Positions 53,304 through 62,544 of a DNA stretch of 64,000 nt are shown here, piece after piece. The notes below the pieces were generated by a model. That model was not told where the DNA came from and made no database searches. It was given only the letters and a program-made list of their open reading frames with translations. Made by a program: the position numbers and the translations under genes. The stretch lies in NCBI GenBank assembly GCA_963828255.1, contig CAWHDZ010000028.1, forward strand, positions 1 through 64,000, in the 5' to 3' direction. Origin of the DNA: an uncultured delta proteobacterium (GTDB lineage Bacteria; Myxococcota; Myxococcia; Myxococcales; Anaeromyxobacteraceae). How positions within the stretch are numbered: the first letter of the stretch is position 1; each line of letters opens with the position of its first letter.

Positions 53304-54302
53304 ATGCGCTCGACGGTGCTCGGAGCGGGATCCTGGGGTACGGCCCTCGCCTCCGTGCTGGCCAGCAAGGGGTATCCGGTCACGCTCTGGGGACGCGACG
53401 TCCCGGTGCTCGACGCGGTGGTGAAGGACCACGAGAACCCGCGCTACCTGCCGGGCGTCAAGCTGCCGCCTTCGCTGGGGGCCTCCGCGAGCCTGGCCCG
53501 CGCGCTCGAGGGAGCCGAGCTGGTCGTGTTCGCCGTCCCCAGCTCGGGGATGCGCCAGGTCGCCATCGAGTCGAAGCGCTACCTCCACGCCGGAACCGCG
53601 GTGGTCTCGGCGGCCAAGGGCATCGAGGAAGGCAGCCTCATGTCCATGGCCGAGGTGCTCGAGGACGTGCTGCCGGTGGCCATGCACCCGTACCTGGCCT
53701 ACGTCGGCGGCCCCTCCTTCGCGAAGGAGGTGGTGCAGCAGATGCCCACCGCCATCACCGTGGCCGGGCGCTGGGACCGGGTGACCCGGTCGGTGCAGGA
53801 CGCCTTCCACACCCGCTGGTTCCGGCCCTACACCTCCAACGACGTCCCCGGAAACGAGCTGGGCGGGGTGGTGAAGAACGTCATCGCCATCGCGGCCGGC
53901 ATGTCCGACGGGCTCGGGTTCGGCGCCAACGCGCGGGCCGCCCTCATCACCCGCGGGCTGGCCGAGGTGACCCGCCTGGCGGTGCGAAAGGGGGCGAACC
54001 CGCTCACGCTGGCCGGGCTCTCCGGCGTCGGCGACCTCGTCCTCACCTGCTCGTCGGACCTCTCCCGCAACCGGCGGGTGGGGTTCGGGCTCGGCAAGGG
54101 ACGCACCCTGGCCGAGATCCAGGCCGAGGTCGGCCAGGTGGCCGAGGGCGTCGTGGCCGCACGCACGGTGCGTGAACTGGCCCACCGGCTCCACGTCGAG
54201 ATGCCCATCACCGAGGTGGTCTACCGTGTGCTCCACCAGGACCTGACGCCCAAGCAGGCCGTGGTGGACCTCATGACCCGGGAGACCAAGGCGGAGATCT
54301 AG
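53304..54302 (+). CDS. gpsA: NAD(P)H-dependent glycerol-3-phosphate dehydrogenase
   Basis: [41 protein letters not shown]. Confidence 0.96.
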   Translation: MRSTVLGAGSWGTALASVLASKGYPVTLWGRDVPVLDAVVKDHENPRYLPGVKLPPSLGASASLARALEGAELVVFAVPSSGMRQVAIESKRYLHAGTAVVSAAKGIEEGSLMSMAEVLEDVLPVAMHPYLAYVGGPSFAKEVVQQMPTAITVAGRWDRVTRSVQDAFHTRWFRPYTSNDVPGNELGGVVKNVIAIAAGMSDGLGFGANARAALITRGLAEVTRLAVRKGANPLTLAGLSGVGDLVLTCSSDLSRNRRVGFGLGKGRTLAEIQAEVGQVAEGVVAARTVRELAHRLHVEMPITEVVYRVLHQDLTPKQAVVDLMTRETKAEI

Positions 54303-56206
54303 TGGCGGAGCCGAGCCAGGCGACGGCCCGGGAGGCCATCCGCGCCGCCGGGGAGAAGGCCGAGCGGCTCCGCGCCTCGACGGGGCTCTCCCGCGACGAG
54401 GCGCTCGGGCTCTTCGACGACGCCTTCGCCGGGCTCGGGAACGCCGCCGCCCAGGCCAGCCTGCTGCGCAACGTCCACCCCTCTTCCGAGGTCCGGGACG
54501 CCGCCGAGCGGGACGAGCAGGAGATCGACGCCTTCCAGACCGGGCTCTCGCTCGACCGCGGCCTGTACGAGGCCCTCTCCCGCCTGGACCTGGCCGGCGC
54601 CGACCCCGCCACGCGCTTCCTGGTCGAGAAGAGCCTGCGCGACTTCCGGCGCGCGGGGGTTGACCGCGACGAGGCCACCCGGGAACGGGTGCGCGCGCTG
54701 CGCGACGAGCTCGTGCGCATCGGGCAGGAGTTCGGGCGCAACGTCCGCGACGACGTGAAGGAGCTGCGGGTGGACCCGGCCGAGCTGGCCGGCCTGCCCG
54801 AGGACTGGCTGCGGGCGCGGCCGCCCGGCCCCGACGGCAAGGTGACGGTCACCACCGACGCCACCGACTACGTGCCGGTGGTGACCTGGGCCGGGAGCGC
54901 CGCCCTGCGGGAGCAGCTCTGGCGCCTGCAGCGGCAGCGGGCCCACCCGGCCAACCTGGAGGTGCTGGCGCGGATGCTCTCCCGCCGGACCGAGCTGGCC
55001 CGGCTGCTCGGCCACCCCACCTGGGCCGCCTACGCCACCGAGGACAAGATGATCGGCGGGGAGGCCCAGGCCGCCGCCTTCGTCGAGAAGATCGCCGACG
55101 CGGCGGGGGACCGCATGCGGCGCGACCACGCCGACCTGCTGGCCCGCAAGCGGCGCGACGAGCCCGGGGCCGGGTCCGTGGATCCGTGGGACTCGGCCTT
55201 CTACGCGGAGAAGATCAAGGCCGAACGCTTCGGCGCCGACGCCCGCGCCGCCCGCCCGTACCTCGAGTACCGGGCCGTCCGCGACGGCATCCTCGCGCTC
55301 ACCGGGCTGCTCTTCGGCGTCGCCTACCGGCGCGTCGAGGTCCCGGACGCCTGGCACCCCGAGGTCGAGGTCTTCGACGTGGTCGAGGGGGACCGGGCGC
55401 TGGGGCGCATCTGGCTCGACATGCACCCGCGCGAGGGCAAGTACAAGCACTTCGCCCAGTTCACCCGGGTGAACGGACAGGCCGGGCGCCGCCTGCCCGA
55501 GGGGGTGCTGGTCTGCAACTTCCCCCGGCCCGGCGAGGCCCCGGCGCTCCTCGACCTCTCCGAGGTGCGCACCCTCCTCCACGAGTTCGGGCACCTGCTC
55601 CACCACGTCCTGGGAGGCCACACCCGCTGGAGCGCCCACTCCGGGGTGGCCACCGAGTGGGACTTCGTGGAGGCGCCCTCGCAGCTGCTCGAGGAGTGGG
55701 TGCGCGACCCGGTGGTGCTGCGCCGCTTCGCCCGGCACGTCGAGACCGGCGAGCCCATCCCCGAGGAGCTGGTGCGCCGCCTCGACGCCTCCGAGGAGTT
55801 CGGCAAGGGGCTCACCGTCCGGCAGCAGATGTTCTACGCGGCGGTGAGCCTGGAGCTGCACCGGCGCGACCCGGATGGGCTCGACACCACGGCGCTGGTG
55901 GCCGGGCTGATGGAGCGCTACACGCCCTTCCGCCACGTGCCCGGGACCTTCTTCCACGAGTCCTTCGGCCACCTCGACGGCTACTCGGCCCTCTACTACA
56001 CGTACATGTGGTCGCTCGTCATCGCCAAGGACCTCTTCTCGCCCTTCCAGGAGGAGGGGCTGCTCACGCCGGCGCCGGCCCTCAGGTACCGCAGGGCGGT
56101 GCTCGAGCCGGGGGGCTCGAAGCCGGCGGCCGAGCTGGTCCACGACTTCCTCGGGCGCGACGCGAGCTTCGCCCCCTTCGCGCGCTGGCTGTCGTCTGGA
56201 GGCTGA
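54302..56206 (+). CDS. M3 family metallopeptidase (thimet oligopeptidase-like)
   Basis: HPREGKYKH, HEFGH, DFVEAPSQ, FGHL.GY...YYTYMW. Confidence 0.92.
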   Translation: MAEPSQATAREAIRAAGEKAERLRASTGLSRDEALGLFDDAFAGLGNAAAQASLLRNVHPSSEVRDAAERDEQEIDAFQTGLSLDRGLYEALSRLDLAGADPATRFLVEKSLRDFRRAGVDRDEATRERVRALRDELVRIGQEFGRNVRDDVKELRVDPAELAGLPEDWLRARPPGPDGKVTVTTDATDYVPVVTWAGSAALREQLWRLQRQRAHPANLEVLARMLSRRTELARLLGHPTWAAYATEDKMIGGEAQAAAFVEKIADAAGDRMRRDHADLLARKRRDEPGAGSVDPWDSAFYAEKIKAERFGADARAARPYLEYRAVRDGILALTGLLFGVAYRRVEVPDAWHPEVEVFDVVEGDRALGRIWLDMHPREGKYKHFAQFTRVNGQAGRRLPEGVLVCNFPRPGEAPALLDLSEVRTLLHEFGHLLHHVLGGHTRWSAHSGVATEWDFVEAPSQLLEEWVRDPVVLRRFARHVETGEPIPEELVRRLDASEEFGKGLTVRQQMFYAAVSLELHRRDPDGLDTTALVAGLMERYTPFRHVPGTFFHESFGHLDGYSALYYTYMWSLVIAKDLFSPFQEEGLLTPAPALRYRRAVLEPGGSKPAAELVHDFLGRDASFAPFARWLSSGG

Positions 56207-56209
56207 CCG

Positions 56210-57100
56210 ATGACCGAGACCCGGTTCCACGAGAGCGGCCCGCGCCGCCGCATCAAGGAGATGGAGGTGATGGTGGCGGATCTCAAGGTGGAGGCCCACG
56301 ACACCGTCACCCTCATCCTCTTCACCGGCAACGATCACCTCGAGTACAAGGCCGGCCACTTCCTCACCATCGACCCGCACCAGTTCGAGGCGCTCGACCG
56401 CTTCATCACCTTCTTCGAGGACGTGAAGGGGACGACGGAGCCGACGCGGGCCTACTCGATCTCCTCGGCCCCGCACGAGCGTTACCTGGCCATCACGGTC
56501 AAGGAGGAGCGCTACGTCTCCGGCGTCACCAGGTACCCGCCGCTGCTCTCCCCGCTCCTGGTGAAGCGGACCACGCGCGGCATGCGGCTCGTCATCACTG
56601 GATTTACCGGCCCGTACGTGCTCCCCGACGACGTGGAGCAGCAGACCGACCACGTGGTGCACGTGGTGGCCGGCTCCGGCGCGGTGCCCAACTTCGCCAT
56701 GGTGAAGTGGGCCCTCGTTCACTGTCCGTCGATCTGCCACACCTGGGTCTGCTCCAACAAGGGCTGGCAGGACGTGCTCTTCCGCGAGGAGCTGGCCCAG
56801 CTGGAGCGGGAGAACCCCTCGCGGCTCCGGGTCGTGAATCTCCTGACCCGGGACCCGGTCACCCCGGTCTCGCAGGGGGTCTGGAAGGGGAGGATCAGCG
56901 CCGCCAGCCTGAAGGAGCTGGTGCCGGATCCGCGGGCCGCGCTGGTCTACGCCTGCGGCCCGGCCAACGGTCCCCACGAGAGGGCGGCCGCCAAGGCCAG
57001 GGGGGAGGAGCCGCAGCCCCGCTTCCTCGAGTCGGCCCTGGCCGCCATCCGCGAGGCCGGTGTCCCCGGGGACCGGATCAAGATGGAGTCGTGGGGGTGA
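56210..57100 (+). CDS. FAD/NAD(P)-binding oxidoreductase (ferredoxin reductase-like)
   Basis: RAYSISS, VAGSGAVP, YACGP, C-terminal ESWG. Confidence 0.82.
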   Translation: MTETRFHESGPRRRIKEMEVMVADLKVEAHDTVTLILFTGNDHLEYKAGHFLTIDPHQFEALDRFITFFEDVKGTTEPTRAYSISSAPHERYLAITVKEERYVSGVTRYPPLLSPLLVKRTTRGMRLVITGFTGPYVLPDDVEQQTDHVVHVVAGSGAVPNFAMVKWALVHCPSICHTWVCSNKGWQDVLFREELAQLERENPSRLRVVNLLTRDPVTPVSQGVWKGRISAASLKELVPDPRAALVYACGPANGPHERAAAKARGEEPQPRFLESALAAIREAGVPGDRIKMESWG

Positions 57101-57900
57101 ACCCGGGCCGGACGCTCCGCGCCGCCCCGACGCTCCTGCGGGTGGGGTTCTCCGAGGCGGTCGCGTACCGGGCCGAGTTCCTGGTCTGGCTGCTCTCCAC
57201 CAACATGCCGCTCGTCATGCTGGCGCTCTGGAGCGCGGTGGCGCGGGACGGGCCGGTGGGGCGGTTCAGCCAGGCCGACTTCGCCGCCTACTACCTGGCC
57301 GCGCTGGTGGTCCGGCTCATGACCGGCGCCTGGGTGGTCTGGGAGATGAACTTCGAGATCCGGCAGGGGACGCTGGCCTTCCGGCTGCTGCGCCCGGTGC
57401 ATCCACTGGTGGCCTACGCCGCCGAGAACGTGGCCGCCATGCCGGTGCGGCTGGCCGTCTCGCTGCCGGTGGCGCTGCTCGCCCTCTGGATCCTGGGGAA
57501 GGATCACGTCACCCACGACCCGCTGCTCCTGGCCCTCTTCCCGGTGACGGTCTTCTCGGCCTGGCTCATCACCTACCTGGCCATGGCCGCGGTGGGCTGC
57601 CTGGCCTTCTGGCTCGAGTCGGCCACCTCCCTCTTCGACGTCTGGCTTGGGTTCTTCGGGATCTTCTCCGGCTACCTGGTCCCGCTGGAGCTCTATCCAC
57701 GATGGGTGAATGAGGTCTCCTTCTTCCTGCCCTTCCGCTACATGCTGGCCTTCCCGGTGGAGCTGGTGACCGGGGGGCTCACCCGGTCCCAGGCGCTGGC
57801 CCAGCTCGCCGCGCAGCAGGCCTTCGTGCTCCTCCTGCTCGGGGCGGCGGCCGGGATGTGGCGGCTGGGCACCCGCCGCTTCGCCGCCTTCGGAGGATAG
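57097..57900 (+). CDS. ABC-2 family permease (DUF990-like)
   Basis: AYRAE, EIRQG.L...LLRP, SGYLVPL, LPFRY...FP; GTGA overlap. Confidence 0.88.
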   Translation: MNPGRTLRAAPTLLRVGFSEAVAYRAEFLVWLLSTNMPLVMLALWSAVARDGPVGRFSQADFAAYYLAALVVRLMTGAWVVWEMNFEIRQGTLAFRLLRPVHPLVAYAAENVAAMPVRLAVSLPVALLALWILGKDHVTHDPLLLALFPVTVFSAWLITYLAMAAVGCLAFWLESATSLFDVWLGFFGIFSGYLVPLELYPRWVNEVSFFLPFRYMLAFPVELVTGGLTRSQALAQLAAQQAFVLLLLGAAAGMWRLGTRRFAAFGG

Positions 57901-57905
57901 GGCAG

Positions 57906-58703
57906 GTGCACTGGGCGCTCCGCCACCTCCGGCTCCTGGCGGTCCAGTTCCGGGCCTCCCTGCAGACCTCCATGCAGTACCGCATGGACTTCCTGGTCCA
58001 GGGGGCCATGTCGTTCTTCTGGATGGCCTGGGCGCTGGTGCCGCTGCTCGTCGTCTTCGGCAAGCGCGACCGGGTGGCCGGCTGGGACCTCGATCACGCA
58101 CTCGTGGTGATGGGCTGGTTCCTGGCCATGAAGGGGGTGCTGGAGGGGGCGGTGAACCCGTCGCTGGCCAGCGTGGTCGAGCACATCCGCAAGGGGACGC
58201 TCGACCTGGTGCTGCTCAAGCCGGTGGACGCCCAGTTCCTGGTCTCCACGGCCAAGTTCGCGCCCTGGCACGTGGTGGACGTGGCGGCCGGCGCGGGGGT
58301 GATCGCCTGGGCCTTCTCCCGGCTCTCGCGCTGGCCGGGAGCGGCCGACGTGGCCTCGGCGCTGCTCCTCACCTTCTGCGCCGTGGCCGTCCTCTACTCG
58401 ATGTGGATCCTGGTGGTGTCGGCCGCCTTCTTCGTGGTGAAGGTGGACAACCTGTCCTTCCTGTTCCTCTCCATCTTCGACGCGGCCCGCTGGCCGGTCT
58501 CGGTCTTCACCGGCTTCTGGCGCTTCCTCTTCACCGTGGTCATCCCGCTGGCCCTCATGACCACCTTCCCGGCCGAGGCGCTGCTGGGGCGCATCCGGCC
58601 GGTGGCGGTGCTGCTGGCGGTGGCCGGGTCGCTCGCCTTCGTGGCCTCCGCACGGTTGGTTTGGCTGCGGGCCATCGCGCGGTATACCTCGGCCTCGTCC
58701 TGA
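57906..58703 (+). CDS. ABC-2 family permease (DUF990-like)
   Basis: MQYR.DF, GW, IRKG.LD..LLKP, RWP.SVF, YTSASS. Confidence 0.88.
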   Translation: MHWALRHLRLLAVQFRASLQTSMQYRMDFLVQGAMSFFWMAWALVPLLVVFGKRDRVAGWDLDHALVVMGWFLAMKGVLEGAVNPSLASVVEHIRKGTLDLVLLKPVDAQFLVSTAKFAPWHVVDVAAGAGVIAWAFSRLSRWPGAADVASALLLTFCAVAVLYSMWILVVSAAFFVVKVDNLSFLFLSIFDAARWPVSVFTGFWRFLFTVVIPLALMTTFPAEALLGRIRPVAVLLAVAGSLAFVASARLVWLRAIARYTSASS

Positions 58704-58712
58704 CCGACCGCC

Positions 58713-59630
58713 ATGCTCCGCCTCACCTTCCTCGGCACCTCGGGTGCCATGCCCACGGCCGCCCGCAACCTGTCGGGGCTCTCGGTGCGCCACGGGCGGG
58801 AGCACTACCTCTTCGACTGCGGCGAGGGCACGCAGCGCCAGATGATCCGGTACGGCACCGGGTTCGACGTGACGGCCATCTGCTTCACCCACTTCCACGC
58901 CGACCACTACATCGGCGCCATCGGCTTCGTGCGAACCCTCTCCATGCTGGGGCGGGGCCGGGCCCTCGACGTCTACGGCCCGGCGCCGGCGCGGCGGTTC
59001 CTGGAGGAGCTCTTGCTCGGGGGCACCGACCCCATGGCCTTCGAGATCCGCATCCACGAGGTGAACCCGGGCGACGCCGTCCGGCGCGACGGCGCCACGC
59101 TGCTTCCCTGGGCCACGAGCCACCGCGTCACCTCGGTGGGGTGGGTGCTCCAGGAGGACATGCGCCCGGGGCGCTTCCACCCGGAGCGGGCCCGCGAGGC
59201 CGGCGTTCCCGAGGGGGAGCTGTGGGGGGAGCTGCAGCGCGGGCGGCCCGTGACGCTGGCCGGCGGGCGCGTGGTTCACCCCGGGTCCATCGTCGATCCG
59301 CCCCGGCGGGGGCGGCGGGTGGCGGTCACCGGCGACACCCGGCCCTGCCCGGAGACGGCGGCGGCGGCGCGCGGGGCGGACCTGCTCGTGCACGAATGCA
59401 CCTTCGGCGACGCCGAGGCCGACCGCGCGGTGGAGACCACACACTCCACGGCGCGCGAGGCGGGCCGGATGGCCCGGGAGGCGGGGGTGGCGCGGCTCGT
59501 GCTCACCCACCTCTCCACCCGCTACGACACCGTGCCCGGGCCGCTTCTCGAGCAGGCGGCCCAGGAGTACGCCGGTCCGGTCGAGGTGGCCCGCGACGGG
59601 CTGGTCGTCGAGATGGCGCGCGCGGAGTGA
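58713..59630 (+). CDS. rnz: ribonuclease Z
   Basis: FLGTSGAMPT, DCGEGTQ, HFHADH, GDTRP, HECTF, HST, THLS.RY. Confidence 0.94.
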   Translation: MLRLTFLGTSGAMPTAARNLSGLSVRHGREHYLFDCGEGTQRQMIRYGTGFDVTAICFTHFHADHYIGAIGFVRTLSMLGRGRALDVYGPAPARRFLEELLLGGTDPMAFEIRIHEVNPGDAVRRDGATLLPWATSHRVTSVGWVLQEDMRPGRFHPERAREAGVPEGELWGELQRGRPVTLAGGRVVHPGSIVDPPRRGRRVAVTGDTRPCPETAAAARGADLLVHECTFGDAEADRAVETTHSTAREAGRMAREAGVARLVLTHLSTRYDTVPGPLLEQAAQEYAGPVEVARDGLVVEMARAE

Positions 59631-60817
59631 ACGTGGGAACCCCCTCCGACGACCTGCGCCGCTGGATTCCCGGGCTGCTCGCGGCCTGGCGGGGACTGCG
59701 CCGCGAGGCGCACCGCGGTGCGCGCCCTCCGCCGGATCGGCTCCTCCCGGACGAGCTTCGCGAGGTGGCCGCGGCCGTGCAGCGCCTCTCGCTGGGGCTC
59801 ACCCGGGATCGGAAGCTCATCGGGGCCCGCTACCTCGACGACGACCGGCTGCTCGGCGCCTACCTGCTCTTCTACTGGCCGGTCTCCTACCTCCAGGCCC
59901 GCGGGGTCCTCTCCGAGCTTCCGCGGAGGCCGCGGTCGGCGCTCGACCTGGGCAGCGGGCCCGGGCCGGTGGCCTTCGCCGCGCTCGACGCCGGGGCCGC
60001 CGAGGTGGTGGCCGCCGACCGGTCGGCCCGGGCGCTCCTGGCGGCGCGACGGCTGGCCGCCGAGGCCGGCGAGCCCATCTCGACGCGGGAGTGGGACCCG
60101 CAGCGGCGCGGCGGCCTCTCCGGCCTGGCCGGCGGCCGGAAGTTCGACCTCGTCACCATGGGTCACGTGGTGAACGAGCTCTTCCAGGGGGATGGGGCGG
60201 CGACGCGGCGGGCGGCCCTCCTCGAGGAGGCGCTCGGCCTGCTGGCGCCGGGCGGGTCGCTGGTGGTGATCGAGCCGGCGCTGCGCGACACCTCCCGGGC
60301 GCTGCTCGAGGTGCGCGATCTCCTGGTCGCGGGCGGCGTGGCGGTCCGCGCCCCCTGCCTGTTCCGCGGCGCCTGCCCGGCGCTCACCCGCCCCACCGAC
60401 TGGTGCCACGCCGAGCGGCCGGTCGATCCGCCCCTGCTGGTGGACGAGATCGGGCGGCGCGCCGGGCTCCGCAAGGAGGCGGTGAAGATGAGCTACCTCG
60501 TGCTGGCGCCGCGGGGGGAGGGGTGGAGCGAGCCGCCGACGGGGCTCGCCTTCCGCATCGTCTCGGAACCGCTGCCGTCCAAGGGGCGGCTTCGCTACAT
60601 GGGGTGCGGGCCGGAGGGGCGCAAGGGGCTCGCGCTGCAGGAGAAGGACGTGACGACGCGCAACCGGGCCTTCGAGGGGCTCCTGCGGGGGGACGTCGTC
60701 GGGATCACCTCGGTCGAGCCGCGGGGGGACGGGCTCCGGCTGTCGCCGGAGTCGGACGTCCGGGTGATCGCGGCGGCCGGGATGCCGGTGGCGAAGAATT
60801 TCCAGGGAGAGGGGTGA
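59627..60817 (+). CDS. Rsm22-family SAM-dependent methyltransferase
   Basis: AYLLFYWP, LDLGSGPG, IEP, APC...CP...WCH, SYLV. Confidence 0.85.
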   Translation: MNVGTPSDDLRRWIPGLLAAWRGLRREAHRGARPPPDRLLPDELREVAAAVQRLSLGLTRDRKLIGARYLDDDRLLGAYLLFYWPVSYLQARGVLSELPRRPRSALDLGSGPGPVAFAALDAGAAEVVAADRSARALLAARRLAAEAGEPISTREWDPQRRGGLSGLAGGRKFDLVTMGHVVNELFQGDGAATRRAALLEEALGLLAPGGSLVVIEPALRDTSRALLEVRDLLVAGGVAVRAPCLFRGACPALTRPTDWCHAERPVDPPLLVDEIGRRAGLRKEAVKMSYLVLAPRGEGWSEPPTGLAFRIVSEPLPSKGRLRYMGCGPEGRKGLALQEKDVTTRNRAFEGLLRGDVVGITSVEPRGDGLRLSPESDVRVIAAAGMPVAKNFQGEG

Positions 60818-60821
60818 GTCG

Positions 60822-62054
60822 ATGGGCAAGCGACGCGTGGTGGTGACGGGGATGGGGGTGGCGAGCCCGCTGGGGTGCGACGTCGCGTCGTTCTGGCGAC
60901 GGCTCCTGGCGGGAGAGTCGGGCGTGGTGGCGCTCGAGGATCCCGAGTTCGCGTCCTTCCCGACGCGCGTCGGCGCGCGGGTCCAGGGCTACGTCGCGGC
61001 CGACCACTTCGAGGTCAGGGAGGCGCGCCGCACCAGCCTCACCTCCCAGTTCGCGGTCGTGGCCGCCACCCAGGCCGTGGCGCAGGCGCGCCTCCTCGAC
61101 GGTGGGGTCGATCGGCAGGAGACCGCGGTGCTCATCGGGAGCGCCATCGGTGGCTTCAGCGCCTCCGACCACTTCTACCGGGACTTCTACCTCAAGGGGC
61201 GCGCCGGACCGCTCATCATCCCCACGTCCATGAACAGCGGCCCCTCCGCCAACGTGTCGATCCGCTTCGGCCTGGGCGGCCCGCTCTTCAACGTGGACGG
61301 GGCCTGCGCCTCGGGGACGCACAGCATCGGGCAGGCCTTCCAGATGATCCGTTCGGGCCTGCTCGACGTGGCCCTGGCCGGCGGCGCCGACACCTCGTTC
61401 ACGCTGGGTGTCATGACGGCCTGGAGCGCGCTGCGCGTGCTCTCGAAGCTCACCGACGAGCCGGCCCGGGCCTGCCGCCCGTTCAGCGCGGATCGCGACG
61501 GCATCGTCCTGGGGGAGGGGGCGGGCGTCCTCGTCCTCGAGTCCGAGGAATCGGCCCGGAGGCGTGGCGCGGAGATCCTGGCCGAGGTCCTCGGGTACGG
61601 GGCCTCGGCGGACTGCCACAGCCTGACGCAGCCCTCGCCCGAGGGGCCCACCCGGGCGCTCCGCAAGGCCCTCACCGACGCTTCCCTCCGCCCGGAGCAG
61701 GTCGGCTACGTGAATGCCCACGGGACCGGGACCGACTGGAACGACCGGACCGAGACCACCGTGATCAAGAACGCCCTCGGGGACCAGGCCCGGAGGACGA
61801 TGGTGGTCGCGAACAAGGGAGCGCTGGGGCACGGCATCTCGGCGGGCGGGGCCCTCGAGCTCATCGGCTGCATCCTGACCCTGCGCGACCGGTTGGTTCC
61901 CCCGACCATCAACCACACCGTCGCCGATCCGGAGTGCGACCTCGACTACGTGACCACGGGCGCCCGCGCCTACGAGGGGGACTTCGCCGTGAGCAACTCC
62001 TTCGCCTTCGGCGGGAGCAATGCGGTCGTGGTGGTGGGGAGGTATCGGAGCTGA
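60822..62054 (+). CDS. beta-ketoacyl-ACP synthase II family (FabF-like)
   Basis: RRVVVTGMG, ACASG, RPF...RDG..LGEGAG, NAHGTGT, GH, NSFAFGG.N. Confidence 0.9.
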   Translation: MGKRRVVVTGMGVASPLGCDVASFWRRLLAGESGVVALEDPEFASFPTRVGARVQGYVAADHFEVREARRTSLTSQFAVVAATQAVAQARLLDGGVDRQETAVLIGSAIGGFSASDHFYRDFYLKGRAGPLIIPTSMNSGPSANVSIRFGLGGPLFNVDGACASGTHSIGQAFQMIRSGLLDVALAGGADTSFTLGVMTAWSALRVLSKLTDEPARACRPFSADRDGIVLGEGAGVLVLESEESARRRGAEILAEVLGYGASADCHSLTQPSPEGPTRALRKALTDASLRPEQVGYVNAHGTGTDWNDRTETTVIKNALGDQARRTMVVANKGALGHGISAGGALELIGCILTLRDRLVPPTINHTVADPECDLDYVTTGARAYEGDFAVSNSFAFGGSNAVVVVGRYRS

Positions 62055-62337
62055 TCGCGAGGCGCCTTCGTTCCGGAAGGCCGGATGCCGCCGGCGCCTG
62101 GGCGTCCCTCTCCGCGGCGCTGGTCCTTCCGGCGATATCGTACGGCGAGTGAATGGCGCCGGGTCACACCGGGCCAGAGCATCGCCAGTTCCCGGCGCCC
62201 GGTGCGGAGGCGCCGCTGCGAGGGGCGCCCGAGCCGGCTGGGACGGCCCGGGCCGAAGGCGACGCGAACAGCGCGCCTCGTGGGGGGATCCGGGCGGCCA
62301 CTCGCGGGCACTCGTTCAAGAGCGGCGAGCCGCGAGA

Positions 62338-62543
62338 CCGTGCGGCCGGCGCGCGATCGCGGGTGACGCCCCTCCGCCAGGCGCCCGGGGTGGCCTCGGC
62401 GCGGGGCGCCTCCGCAGCGGCGACCCGTTCTTCCCCCTCCTCCGCTGTGCGCGCCGCGAGGACAAGCGCCCCCTGCGACGAGGCGCACCCACGGGGCGCC
62501 GGCACCACGGTGGGACGTCACCCGCGACCGCTCCGTGCGGCCG
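62338..62543 (-). repeat. ~200-bp element with 20-bp terminal inverted repeats flanked by 11-bp direct repeats (MITE-like or structured RNA)
   Basis: IR 62353-62372 / 62512-62531 (18/20 matches); DR CCGTGCGGCCG at 62338-62348 and 62533-62543. Confidence 0.5.
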
Positions 62544-62544
62544 C

